The position numbers and the translations under genes were made by a program. A stretch of 64,000 nt of DNA from Camelus ferus (lineage: Eukaryota), in assembly GCF_009834535.1 (NCBI RefSeq), contig NC_045697.1:111478001-111542000 (forward strand). Reading direction: 5' to 3'. The notes beneath the pieces were generated by a model that saw nothing but the letters and a program-made list of their open reading frames with translations, was not told the DNA's origin and did no database searches. This document shows positions 24,469-35,900 of this stretch, one piece after another. The first letter of the stretch is position 1; every line of letters starts with the position of its first letter.

Positions 24469-25021
24469 AGTCAATTTTGTCTGACATTAAAAAAAAAATT
24501 CACTGCTGTTCCTAATTTATGAACTATGATGGATCCCTCTAAGACCAAATATATTAAGCCTCAGAAGCACGCTTAACAATGCTTAAAACACCCCCCTCCC
24601 CTCTCCCGCCCCCCAAATCGACCTCTTATCTTAGATGCTGGAAGCTCAGCCAGCTTCCTCAGGACTCTGAACTCACTCTGCATCGTTACTCGAGTCCCAC
24701 TCATTCTCAAATGACTTACACCAGGGACTATCGAGTCACAGCCTGGGCTCACTCACCGTCTCCTCTAAGTCCAACTGCTCCTGTGCCCTCATCCTGCCTC
24801 ATCAAGAACTTGTCCCTCACTCACCCTTTCGTCTGTCCCTCTTCACCAAGCTCACCTCCTCAAGTTGAAAAACATCCTCAAGTCTTCCTCTCTTGAGAAG
24901 TTTTCCTGACATCTCCCACCTCTCCCCTAAGCCACTGTCCCACTTCTTTTCCTCTAAACCAACCAACTCTGGTCTCAAGCCTCCGACTGCTTAATTCTCA
25001 CCTACACAACTCACTCAACTA

Positions 25022-25938
25022 CAGCTGACCTTTGATGGCACAGGTTTGAAATGTGCAGGTCCACTTACACTCGGATTTTTTTTCAATAAATATATTGGAA
25101 AATTTTTTGAAGATTTGCAACAGTGAAAAAACAGATGAACCAGAGAGCCTAGAAATAACCAAAAAAAGAAAAGAAAAAGGTATGTCACAAAAAATGTATC
25201 AAATACATGTAGATACTAGTTTATTCCCACCTAGGCACGAAGCAAGTGATATTTCATATAAAATTAATGTGCTATATTTCCACACTGTTTTATAACTTTG
25301 CTTTCAAAGAATTACATTACCATACAGAATGCCTCTCTCTCTTCTACCTGGAGAGACTGTACCAGCCTACCATCTCAGGTAAATGGTTTTTTAAAAGGTA
25401 ATGTCTCCAATACTGTATTATGAATATAACTAAAATTATGCTGTAAAATTTTATAATGGTCATTCATTAGTTATAGGCTGGGCTACCGTGAAGCAATCGT
25501 ATCGATTACACCAGGAGACCACAAAGCAATCACACTGCGGCTTCTTTGTTATCAAAGCATGAATCCTTATACCTGCAAATAAATCTGAATTATTACCACA
25601 TTATCTTTTCAGTTTTGATGTGTGGTGTTAGTAATCTGTGTAACACCTATAGTGTTTTGTATCTTATAAAGACAATGTTCATGTAGGTACTGACAGACCA
25701 TTCATCTTGTAAACAGACGATGTAAACTTAACAGTATTAATAAATACAGTACAGCAAAGAGTAAATGTATTTTCTCTTCCTTATTTTTTAACATTTTGTT
25801 TTCTCAACTGTATATATTATTGGTAAGGCTTCGATCAATAAGACTATTCGTAGTTCAGTTTTGGAGGAGTCAAAAGTTACGTATGGATTCTCAACTTCCC
25901 AGAGGGTTGGCATCCCTGAGTTGTTCAAGGGTCAACTG
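25022..25938 (+). mobile_element. Tigger3/Golem-like non-autonomous Tc1/mariner element
   Basis: TIRs cagctgaccttt / aagggtcaactg with TA flanks; ggtccacttacac.cggatttttttcaataaata. Confidence 0.85.
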
Positions 25939-26059
25939 TATTTGCAGTCTGGCTCCCCACTCACACCAAAACTCCTTCAATCTCCTAAATTACAAGATAA
26001 AAATTGTTCCAATCCTCATTTTTCATGAGGTCATTCCCAAATCTGACAATGCTGAACCA

Positions 26060-26580
26060 ACACCACTGACTAGCTATGTGACCTTGAGCAAGTTAAGTAA
26101 CTTCTCTGAGCCTCAGTCTTATTATCTTTAAAATGTAAAGAGTAACAATAATAACTAGAGGATGGAATCTTTTCACCATGCATGTGTGTATCCCATCACC
26201 ACAATGCACACTTCAAATATCTTACAATTTTTTTTGTCAACTATACCTCAATAAAGCTGAAAAATAAGGAATAATAAACATAATAGTATGGTTCTTCTAA
26301 TGGGTCCAAGAACTAATGCATGTGAAGCACTTACCACAGGACCTGACACACAGTAGCTTCAAGAAGCGAACAATTATGAAGCATTATCTACATGCCACTG
26401 TGTTCTAGGGTGTTACATGCTCTGTGCATATTAAAGACTTTAATCCTTACCACCCTTTTCGAGGTGGGCAATTTTATTATCCCCATTTTACAAATGAAAA
26501 ACTGAGGTGTAGAAAGATTAAGTAACTTTCTCGAGACAGAAACGCTAAGTGAAGGAGCCTGTATGCTCATCCATCGTGCT
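26060..26580. mobile_element. MIR fragments, both orientations
   Basis: tgtgaccttgagcaagtt...tctctgagcctcagt; cccattttacaaatgaaaaactgagg. Confidence 0.75.
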
Positions 26581-28435
26581 ATCCTGTGATCCTAAATAAC
26601 AAAGCACAAATTAATATTACAGTAAGAGTATTCCACATAGGCTGTCTTCATTTTCACACTGCCCATCTATTCTCCAGCCATCACAACCTGTTTCCTATTC
26701 TAATCAATGCACTGAATTTACTCTTAATCTAAGGGTCTCCTAGCTGCCAGATCCAACAAACATTTTTGGAGTTTTTTTTCAGCCAATCTGTGAGATTTGA
26801 TACTTCTCTCCTTGAAATACCCTCCTTTCCTGATTCTTAGGATTCATACGTATTGACTCTGATTCAATGTGTGCTACTATGAGCAGCCACTGTGCTAGCT
26901 GCTGACCTCACCCTGACTTCAAAACATAAAACCTAGTGAGGAACACAAAGAAGTAACCAGACTGTCATAAAATTTGTGACAAGAACAATAAAGAGGTGGA
27001 AATATCAAGTGCTAGAACAGAGAGTTCTAGGGAAGAGTTCTAGAGAAAGATGCACCTAAAATCAAACCTGGAGCATAGAGGGGAGGTGACCAGATTAAAA
27101 GAGTAAAGTAGGGTTGGACAGGGGAACAGGGCATGTTTTGAGTAGAGACATCAGATCCAAAGACTCAAACAGGAGATGAGAAAGGATACAGAACTTTCTG
27201 ATTTACTATGTCTGTGGTACAGCTTCTGAGAAAGGAAGGCTCGAGAATTGAGGCTGGAGAGCTTGTCCCAGGCATGCTTTTTTAATCCCTTTCTAACTAT
27301 TCCAGATTACCTGGAGTTACCTTATCTGTTCCCAGTTTTAAGACTACGGCGATATCTACAATCTCTCTAGGCCTCTCTCCTAAACTCCAGGTACTGGTTA
27401 TCCAAAAGTAATTTCTGCTTCGACGGTTCACAGGCACGTCAAGTTCAACACGTCCAAAAGTTCTGCCACTGCTCCCTGCAACCCTGCTCAAAAAACTGAA
27501 CTGGCCACACCACCTGTTTAGTCATCTCGGAAGTTCTTGATCTCTGTCTCCGCTGCCTGAGTTAAGTCTTCAAACACTTTCCCGATTTAGAAATAACTGA
27601 TTTAATTAACATTCAGACCCAAGGGAGGGAACCCAAGGGAGGGAAATGGATACCCTTCTGCCAGCTGAACAAGAGCAAACAATCGGAATTAAAGAGGAGA
27701 GGGGAGGGGAAATAAAGACTGAATATCTTTTCCTTTTCTCAGCCTTACACAACCAGACTCACTGGAGTCCTGCTACATGCTCGGACGAAAGAAATGTAGT
27801 CGTTTGTGGATTCCCCAAGAAACTTATAGTTTAGCTTTCTGAGCGCTCCAGCAGTGTCCGCCCTTTGCCGAGCCCGGATCGCACCTCCAACCGTGCTCTT
27901 GTTAAACCTCCCTCTAGGACACGAAGCCAGCAACCCTCTCAACAGCAGACAGGGCTCGCCCGTTCTCCAGACCTCACGGTTTCAGGTAGCGCCTTCCCAC
28001 GGATAAGGGCCTAGGCCTCTGCTGTCCTCCTCGCTCACCTTCTCTCTCCCACCCTCCGTATTCCTACACGATGGGCTCTGACCATCCTGTGCTTCGGCCG
28101 TCTTTGCCCACGAAACATTGTCCCTTGCCAGTACGGTTCTCTGCTCAACTCCTATTCATCCTTCAGTACTTTCCTCGGATGCCCTTCCCCACCGCACGCC
28201 CCGCCGCGCATACAAACAAATCTTCCTTTTTCTTTTTGTAGAACTCTGGTCACTCTGCCACCCTGTGTTGTGACCACTGTTCCCGGACGGCTGAGGGCCG
28301 TGCCCCGTTCCGTCACTGAGGGGTTTCACCCATTTCCACCCGCACCCGCGCCCGCGGCCAGACGCTCTATCCTGACTTCCATCCAGACCTCCACCCGCGG
28401 GTGCTAGCCGCGCCCCCTCTATCCGGGCCCCTCAC

Positions 28436-28453
28436 CTAGACGCCGCACGGTCT

Positions 28454-28552
<99 letters not shown>

Positions 28553-28600
28553 CCGCGAGCTCGGCTAGGCTCTAGCCGCTCCAGGGGTAGCCAGTTCCTC
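28436..28600 (-). other. MSMO1: MSMO1 non-coding exon 1 (5' boundary approximate)
   Basis: Donor TCTAG|gtgagg at 28436/28435, inside a CpG island and just downstream of CCAAT and GC boxes. Confidence 0.75.
28454..28552. repeat. Uninterrupted (GCC)33, read as (CGG/GGC)33 on the MSMO1 sense strand
   Basis: 99 bp counted directly; appears as 33 Ala in ORF 28432-28713. Confidence 0.97.
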
Positions 28601-31600
28601 CCGCCGTTATTGGCTTGTGAGTGCCCTGCCCCGCCTTCCCGGCGCTGTGATTGGTCCGTGCGGCTGACGGCATCGTGTGACTCAAGAGACCGGAGCACTG
28701 GCTGCGAGGCCATTGGCTGCGCGGATGGAGTGAGGATCGTGAGAGCTAGGCGTCCGGCCAGTAGCAGCGCCGAGGCGCCTATGGGCGGGAGCGCGCGGCC
28801 TGCAGAGGAGGACGGACGTGAGACCGCGAGGTGTCGCCTAGCAACCTCGGCCCCGCCCCCAGGCTCCTGCGCGATCCGGGAGGCTGTGGAGCGTGGGTTC
28901 TTCGGTCGCCGCGCTCGCTGTGTTCACAGATCACCCTTCCTGCTGGTGCGCCCCGTGTTTAGACCACCCTCTTTACGGTCCGCAGCCCTAGTACCCCTTG
29001 ATAACCTCTACCTGTACATGGGACTTGGGGAACTTCAAATGCAGCCCGCCTCCACTTGCGGACGGGAAGCCGAGGCTCCGGGTTAGGAGAGCCTGGACGC
29101 GGCAGCAGACCTGCAGCTGGGCTCGGCCGCCTCCCGCCCTGGAGTGTGCACGGATGGGAGTCACATACGAATTTAAGCTTTCGCTTAAGAGGGTACCACT
29201 CGGTCTAGTTGAAGGCACTTTATATATACAGGATGCTGTCGTTTCTCAGGGCTATGCTAAGACTGGCTCTCCTGCCTGCAATAAGGGGCCAGCAGCTCCT
29301 CCCCCACCCATCGATTCAGGTACCATCTGCTTTAGGAAGCCCCTGTTTGAAGGATGTGTCTCGTCAGGTCCAGTGACCTCTACCCATTCGTCTGTCCCAT
29401 TTGTTTGACACCCACTTTCTTTATAAAGTATCATGACAGGAAAGACACTCCTTTGCTTGGCCAGCCTGGCTCTAGACACCCGCCCATACTGGCTGGGGTC
29501 CTGGATGTGACTGTGCCGCAGCCCACTTTTCCCTCTGCCCAAACCTGCTGCCCTCCGTCAAGCAGTGTTAAGAGCTTGCATTGCGGGGTCAGACCTGCCA
29601 GGCTTTGTCACTCAGCAGTTTGCTCTTAGATAACTTACTTCTCTAAGTTTTATCTAGTACCTCTGTAAAACAGGTATTATAATGATGTTTGTTGTGACAA
29701 TAATATGATCGTGTATGTGCCCTTTGCACGGTGTCTGAAATACAGGAAGTGCTCAATAATACTACGTTGATTATTCTGACGTAAAATCCTACCACAGTAG
29801 ATACATTTTTTATACCAGAGCAGGTGTATGTATGTGAAGGGGTCAAGTTATTTTAAATCTCAAAGATTTAGAGCTGAGAGGAAATAGATATGGCTGCAAA
29901 ACTACAGAAATAAGCTCAACTCACTTATTTCCTTACAATGAAGAAATGGTTCAGTGAACTGCAACAATAGTGGTAATTTACAGAGGGTCTTCTGTATTTC
30001 AAGCACACTAACATACATCATTCTGTTCAAACTCCTCAATAACCTTGCAAGTGACAGAGACACTACTGTTGCCATTTTAGAGAAGACGAAGTAAGGGTCA
30101 AAGATGAAAAAAATGTGTTTAAAGTCACAGCTAGCAATTGACAGAGGGGGAGGCAAACTCAAGAGCCATCTGATTCCTATAGATTGAACTGCTTTTCCCC
30201 TTGGAGTCCTGAAAGCCAGAAACTTGATTCAAAGTGTGATTCCATTTTCCCACGTAGCCTCCTCTCCAAAATGAGACGCTGGCAGCCAGACAAGTCAGTA
30301 GGAGGCAATTTGCTCAAGTCCACACTTGAAAGAAAAGGCAGGCTTATTAGCACATCTCTGTGTTATGTTATTCTACCCTTATGCTAATAAAAGTCTCATA
30401 ACTCATCAGCAGCTGAGATTATAAATACCAGGGTCCTCATGCTGTCTTATAAGGGGTGATAATTAAAAAAAAAAAAAAAAACAGGAATCATCTGCCAGAG
30501 TCCGTAAGGAACAAGAGGGGAACTGAAAGTAGACACACCATCCACCTTAACACCATCTCTGCTTTCAATCAAGAAGGTGCAGAGCCAAGTGAGGCAGGCA
30601 GCAGAGTTGCTTCACAGTACACACAGATTTAGCCTTGAACTTTGTTCACACTGCATGCTGTGTGGATTTCTAAGACTTCTGACCTCTCTATTTTTGTACA
30701 ATAATAGAACAAGTCAGGAACACTTTTATATGCCTGAAAGTGTATATTCGGAGGGTATATTCAAAGCTCTGAAATCTCAGTTATGAATCTAGCTACTGAC
30801 AAACCCTGGCAAGCTGTTTTATGGTATAGCGGTCAAATCTTCAAAGAAAGAAAAGACAAAGAGGTATCTGATGTGCTAAGTATTTAAGACTTGGTTACTC
30901 TAAGAGATTGTATTTTAAGAAAGGCTTCAAAAAATTTTAGATAAATCTTTAATTGACAGATTCATGGAGAGTTTCATGGAACATTAGTGTTTAAAAGTGA
31001 TTAGGAAAAGTAATGATACATTTTTCTTGGTGCCACTGTCAGAAGCAGCTAGCAGTGCTCCAAGTTTATTAGATCTTCAACATGTTTGCTGAGAATGGGT
31101 GTTCTTGGAGCCACGCTAATGCAGAAATTCATGCTTTCATACGGTGAACACAGGCTTTTTCTTTTTGATTAAATTCTTTATATTTCCACTTATAATGGAA
31201 TTTTATATATATATATATGGCATTAAATATATTCTATGTTTAAATGTGAATACACTAGCTAAACAGAACTTTTGCTACAGGTGTACTTCTTTCCTCTTGA
31301 TTATCGACTATTCTGGCAACAGCTCATGCCTAGCTGTTAAATTCCTGAGGAGCAGCCACCACATCCCTTCACCCCTCTCACGTCCAGCCCCTCAGCTGGC
31401 CACCTCACCCCTATTTCCTTAATTCTTTTTATTTGGTATCAAAATGGTAATTTATTTCTCAGTTGCTTTACTGTAGGTATTTTCACTTTGACTTTCCTTT
31501 TGGCCCATGCTAGTTGTTTTATTTTGTGTCCTGCCCATATCAGGGATAGAAGAACACAATAACTTTAAATTTCACCAGTCCTTGGGAGACTTTTGCCTTG

Positions 31601-31809
31601 ACTTTGCTCAACTTGAAGAAGTTGAAGTAGCTTCTTCTTGGAAAACAGTTTTCAGTGCCTTCAGTTACTGATTTAACAGACTTGCCTTGTAGGTTACTTG
31701 AGCAACAAATTCAAAATATTGATTTATGAAGTTAGCAAATGCAAATTTTATAAAAGAACACAAAAAGTGAGCAGGCAACTAAATAGATAAAAATCAAGGA
31801 CAACGTGAA

Positions 31810-32899
31810 ACAAATAATATACAAACTTTTATTCAAAGTTAATTCAAGAAAGACATGTTTTGGTCATTTTTAAAGTGAGATTACTTGAACATCTCAGAAA
31901 AATTGTATCTGATCAACGCACATAGCTACTGACAGAAAGTTCTCTCTTCTGTTAATAGCAGCTAAATTTATTCACACAGAAAAAATTCTTAAGACCATGC
32001 AAATTCAGTTGAATTCCATACATTCATTGTATTCATCAAAAACCTGCAGTAATGTTCATGCCGAAGTGTTACTTTAAGAAAAAAATTAAAAATACACACC
32101 AAAACATGACCAAGATTAAACCAAAGAAAATAATAAATAAGCATAATTTATATTTTAAAAAAGTTTGGCATCACACATGTATTCAAGTGTGTCACACCAT
32201 ATTCATTCCTCAGAAGTGGCATTTTAAAGTGTTAAGCATTGTTAAATATCAAAAAATACAACTCTGTTTTACAATGTAGTACTGGCATAATTCAAAGTAC
32301 TGTGCCAATTATAAATAGTATAATCAAGTTTCAAACATCTTTTCAAACATATTTAAAGGAAAGCATATAGACACACATTTATATGCACACAAATTATTAT
32401 ACTCATGTAATCAAACATTTTATAAAAGCAAACAGTTTTATCCCTCAATTAGTTTGTATACGTACATAAGATTTTAATACCTGTTCAAAGATTTTCAGTT
32501 CTTGTGTATACAGATTTTCAAGAGAAGGAATAAAGAGGAAATTTAGTTTTACAGGAACACAAATTACTTTATCCCCCTTCAAAAAATAATCCAGTCATTC
32601 AAGGTGGATTAACTAGTCTTTTTGAAAGCAACTGTTGTCCAAAGACTGCAGAACAATCCTGCAGTCCAAGTTTCTTATTAAAATTCAGTCAGCTGCTGCT
32701 CATTGCAGAGAAAGCCTACGCGGTGCATCTACCAAAAATAATCTTCAGTATCTGAGGCCTATAAAGGCAGATGATCTTACCTTCTGCGGAGACTCACAGT
32801 GCAGCTACAAGTGGAGAAGTGCTCGACTCTCAGTCACTTCAGAAGTACTTGTTGAAGCCTGCTTCTCATGTGTAAATATGCCAAAAATGTACTTCGGGC
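31810..32899 (-). other. KLHL2: KLHL2 3' UTR with poly(A) signal at 31828-31833
   Basis: About 1.1 kb, AU-rich and free of recognisable repeats; minus-strand AATAAA followed by a GU/U-rich tract. Confidence 0.75.
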
Positions 32900-32928
32900 T
32901 CATAATGGTTTATCAATAACTGTGACTC
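32900..32928 (-). CDS. KLHL2: KLHL2 last exon, coding part
   Basis: gttcag|GA GTC ACA GTT ATT GAT AAA CCA TTA TGA. Confidence 0.92.
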
Positions 32929-35900
32929 CTGAACAAAGAAATGAAGAAATAAGACAGAAGTCACAGGAAGCATTCTGTATCTCTGAGAAAATACGGAATT
33001 TTTTATTCTATTACTTAAGTAACAGGGGCTGAACAGATCATGATGTTTCAAAATCTCTTTCTTTTCCCCTACTATCATTTTCATCTAAACGACAATGAAA
33101 TCTTTGTTTAAAAATCACGGCCCAAAACTACATCGGACTATTTGAACTAGTCTCTTGTTCTTCACAGTTACAATTAAGGGAAAACAATTTCACTCAGGAA
33201 ATACTAAAATCCACCTAATACTCAAAGGGGTACAAAGAAACTTTTGAGAGTGATGAATATTTTCATTATGTTGATTGTGGTGGTGGTTTCATGGTTATGT
33301 ACATATGTCAAAACTAATAAAACTGTTCACTTTAAATATATGCTACTTATTCTATGTCAATTATATCTCAATGAAGCTGTTTAAAAAAATTCACGTAATT
33401 TTTAGGAATGCTATTCTGGGATCCTACTGTATATATTCCACTAGGTGCTGTTTTGGATGATACATAAAGAACAGTGATGGCTAATTAGTATAAACTTCTT
33501 TTTTCTCCACTGTTGGATCAATATTAGAATGTCACTGAAACATTCTAATATTAAAGCAATATAAATATGTATCATCAGAATAATTAATAAGCAACTTACA
33601 ATTTTAAAGACTCAGTGTTGTATTTATTAGGAGTATTATCATTTCTCTTACTAAAAGAATGGACCAAAATGGTATTTTATAATTCAATCCGTGCTGTGCT
33701 TAAGGAAGAAAAGGACTCTGCAGCCTCACTGTAATACTAACACATGGAGCCCATCTGGGGCAGACATTGTAGAGGTTGTATCTTATGGATGTCAGAGTAA
33801 TTAAAGGCTTGCCACGTAGTGAATTCCACACCACTGCATACAGATGTTAGTTTAGCCATATTACATTTTATGATGATTCTACACTGGGAAGATTTGTGAG
33901 TTTGAACACAAATGACTGCACAATGACAGAAGAATACTTGTGTTTTATTTCAGGATACACATATCCTATACTAATTAATTTGAGAATGAGAAATAAAATA
34001 TACTTTGAGAAAAGACTCTTTCCTGACATAAAATGCTCTTCATGTAAAAATTATAATGATGTAATCTTTTTGTGTTACAATAGAAGACTGTGAGAAAACT
34101 GAAGATTATTACCTGCGTAACTTCTCCCTGTGCTCATACAAGATGACACAACTGTCCATTTATCAGTCGTTGGGTTATAATATTCTACCGATGCCAAGTT
34201 ACAGGAACCATCATCCCCTCCAACGACATATAACAGACCATTTACTGCACAAACTCCTTTAAAAAATTACAGAGAGAGAATAATTATTTTAAGAATTTGG
34301 ATGAATACAAATATCTCTGTAAGTGTCTGATGAGGTGATCAGGAGACACTTACTTCCTTGGAAGAGGCAAGAAGAGAAGATGGGGAGCCCAGAAAGAATT
34401 CCTTAATAAAAACCTACTGTAAGGTCCTACCCATGTCACTTACGCCATAGTTGCTTTATATACGCATTATTTCATTTAACCTTCACAGTAACCTTACTTT
34501 ACAGGTTAGAAACTATTTTACTTTCTACTTTATTAAAACAAAAAAAAAAAGAAAATTAAAAGTCAAAGAAGTAGAAACTCTTCCAAAGTCAGCATCTAAG
34601 GGAATGCTAAGGAAATAAATATATATATATTTCACCTTCTACTATATATAGTAGAAGGTAAAAATGATTCTAAATTTTAATCAAACTGACTGATTATCTA
34701 TTTTAGCTCCTTTAAAAGGGGAGAACAGTATTATTTATTTCATTATTAATAGAATAACATGGGGGGGTTGGCAAAAATTAAAAACATCTAGAAAAGTATA
34801 AAAAAAAAAGACTACCGCTAGTCCTATATCACTCAGAATCCTGATAATTGAAATTCTGATCTCTACTCTTGCAGGACGCATATATACTCAAGACACTCCT
34901 TTTTTTTAACCCCAGAGTAGCTCACAGTACACATGTTACACATGCTACTTTTTACTCACTCCCACTAAACAATACATACCTTGGAGATTTCCCCAAGTTA
35001 ATAAATACAGATCTACATAATTTTTAATGCCTGGATAGTATTCCATTCATGATAATACCATAATTTATTTGTCTTTTACTGATGGGTTTCAAGTTAGTTT
35101 CAGTTTTTTTGCTCTCATCAATGATGTTGCAATGAACAAAGATCCCTCTTACACACATTTTTGCATACTTGTGCAACAGTTCTCTTAACGTAAATTTTAC
35201 AAAGGAAACTGCTGACTGAAAAGGTAAACACCTTTTAACAGCTCTTTATTTCAATTTATTTTTTAAAAAGCATATTTAATAATTTTAAACAAGATTCAGA
35301 GCTTTTTATGAACTAGCATTAAACAAAACATCCAGAAGGATGCTGCCCGCACAGTGGTCCCTGGAGTTCTGTAGACAGTTTTGCTAACACAATTAACAGG
35401 TGCTTGCAGATTTCTAGTATAAAACAATGAGCCCAATCTCTATATAGCATTTAAAGTGCACCAGCAACAGTGGCTTCTATGCAAACAGAGCAGATCTTCT
35501 CTCCTCAAACTCAAATGTGTTACTATTCTAGCCTCTTGACAGGAAGCAAACTCCTATCATTTAAAGGTAATTCAAGCACCTGAAAAGCAAGAGTGGGATG
35601 ACAATAGCTCTACATACACAAATCATCTCCTTATTCTGCTGGCTGGAAGAAGTGAGCTAATTTTGATTTGAAAACAGTAAAACAAGGGTAGAGAAAAAAT
35701 AAAATTGGAATAATCTATAAGAAAGTAATAATGAAAGTTCAAACTGCAACTAAATTCCCTAATCCAGGAAGCACATACCCATACGCTTTTCTAAATTCAC
35801 GTGCTGGAGACAAGCACTTATTCGACTTAGGGACCAGACGTGTGGGTTTTTCCATGGTTCTGGACTATCCATAGTTGAGGGGGTTTTAGTACTTCACCAA

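Larger units (their letters stand above)
27830..29200. promoter_or_regulatory. CpG island / MSMO1 promoter
   Basis: High GC and CpG density against AT-rich flanks; CCAAT on minus at 28609-28613, 28650-28654 and 28712-28716; GC boxes near 28629, 28783 and 28851; SRE-like motifs at 28672-28681 and 28725-28734. Confidence 0.85.

Noticed and set aside
27617..27646. 14-bp tandem duplication acccaagggaggga
   Set aside because: Ordinary micro-duplication with no further structure
28432..28713. 93-aa ATG-initiated poly-Ala ORF as a gene
   Set aside because: The ATG overlaps a promoter CCAAT box upstream of the likely TSS, and the stop is the intron donor
28610..29408. Plus-strand ORFs of 158 and 136 aa in the CpG island
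   Set aside because: Stop-poor GC-rich DNA with non-ATG starts and no recognisable domain; divergent non-coding transcription is possible but unsupported
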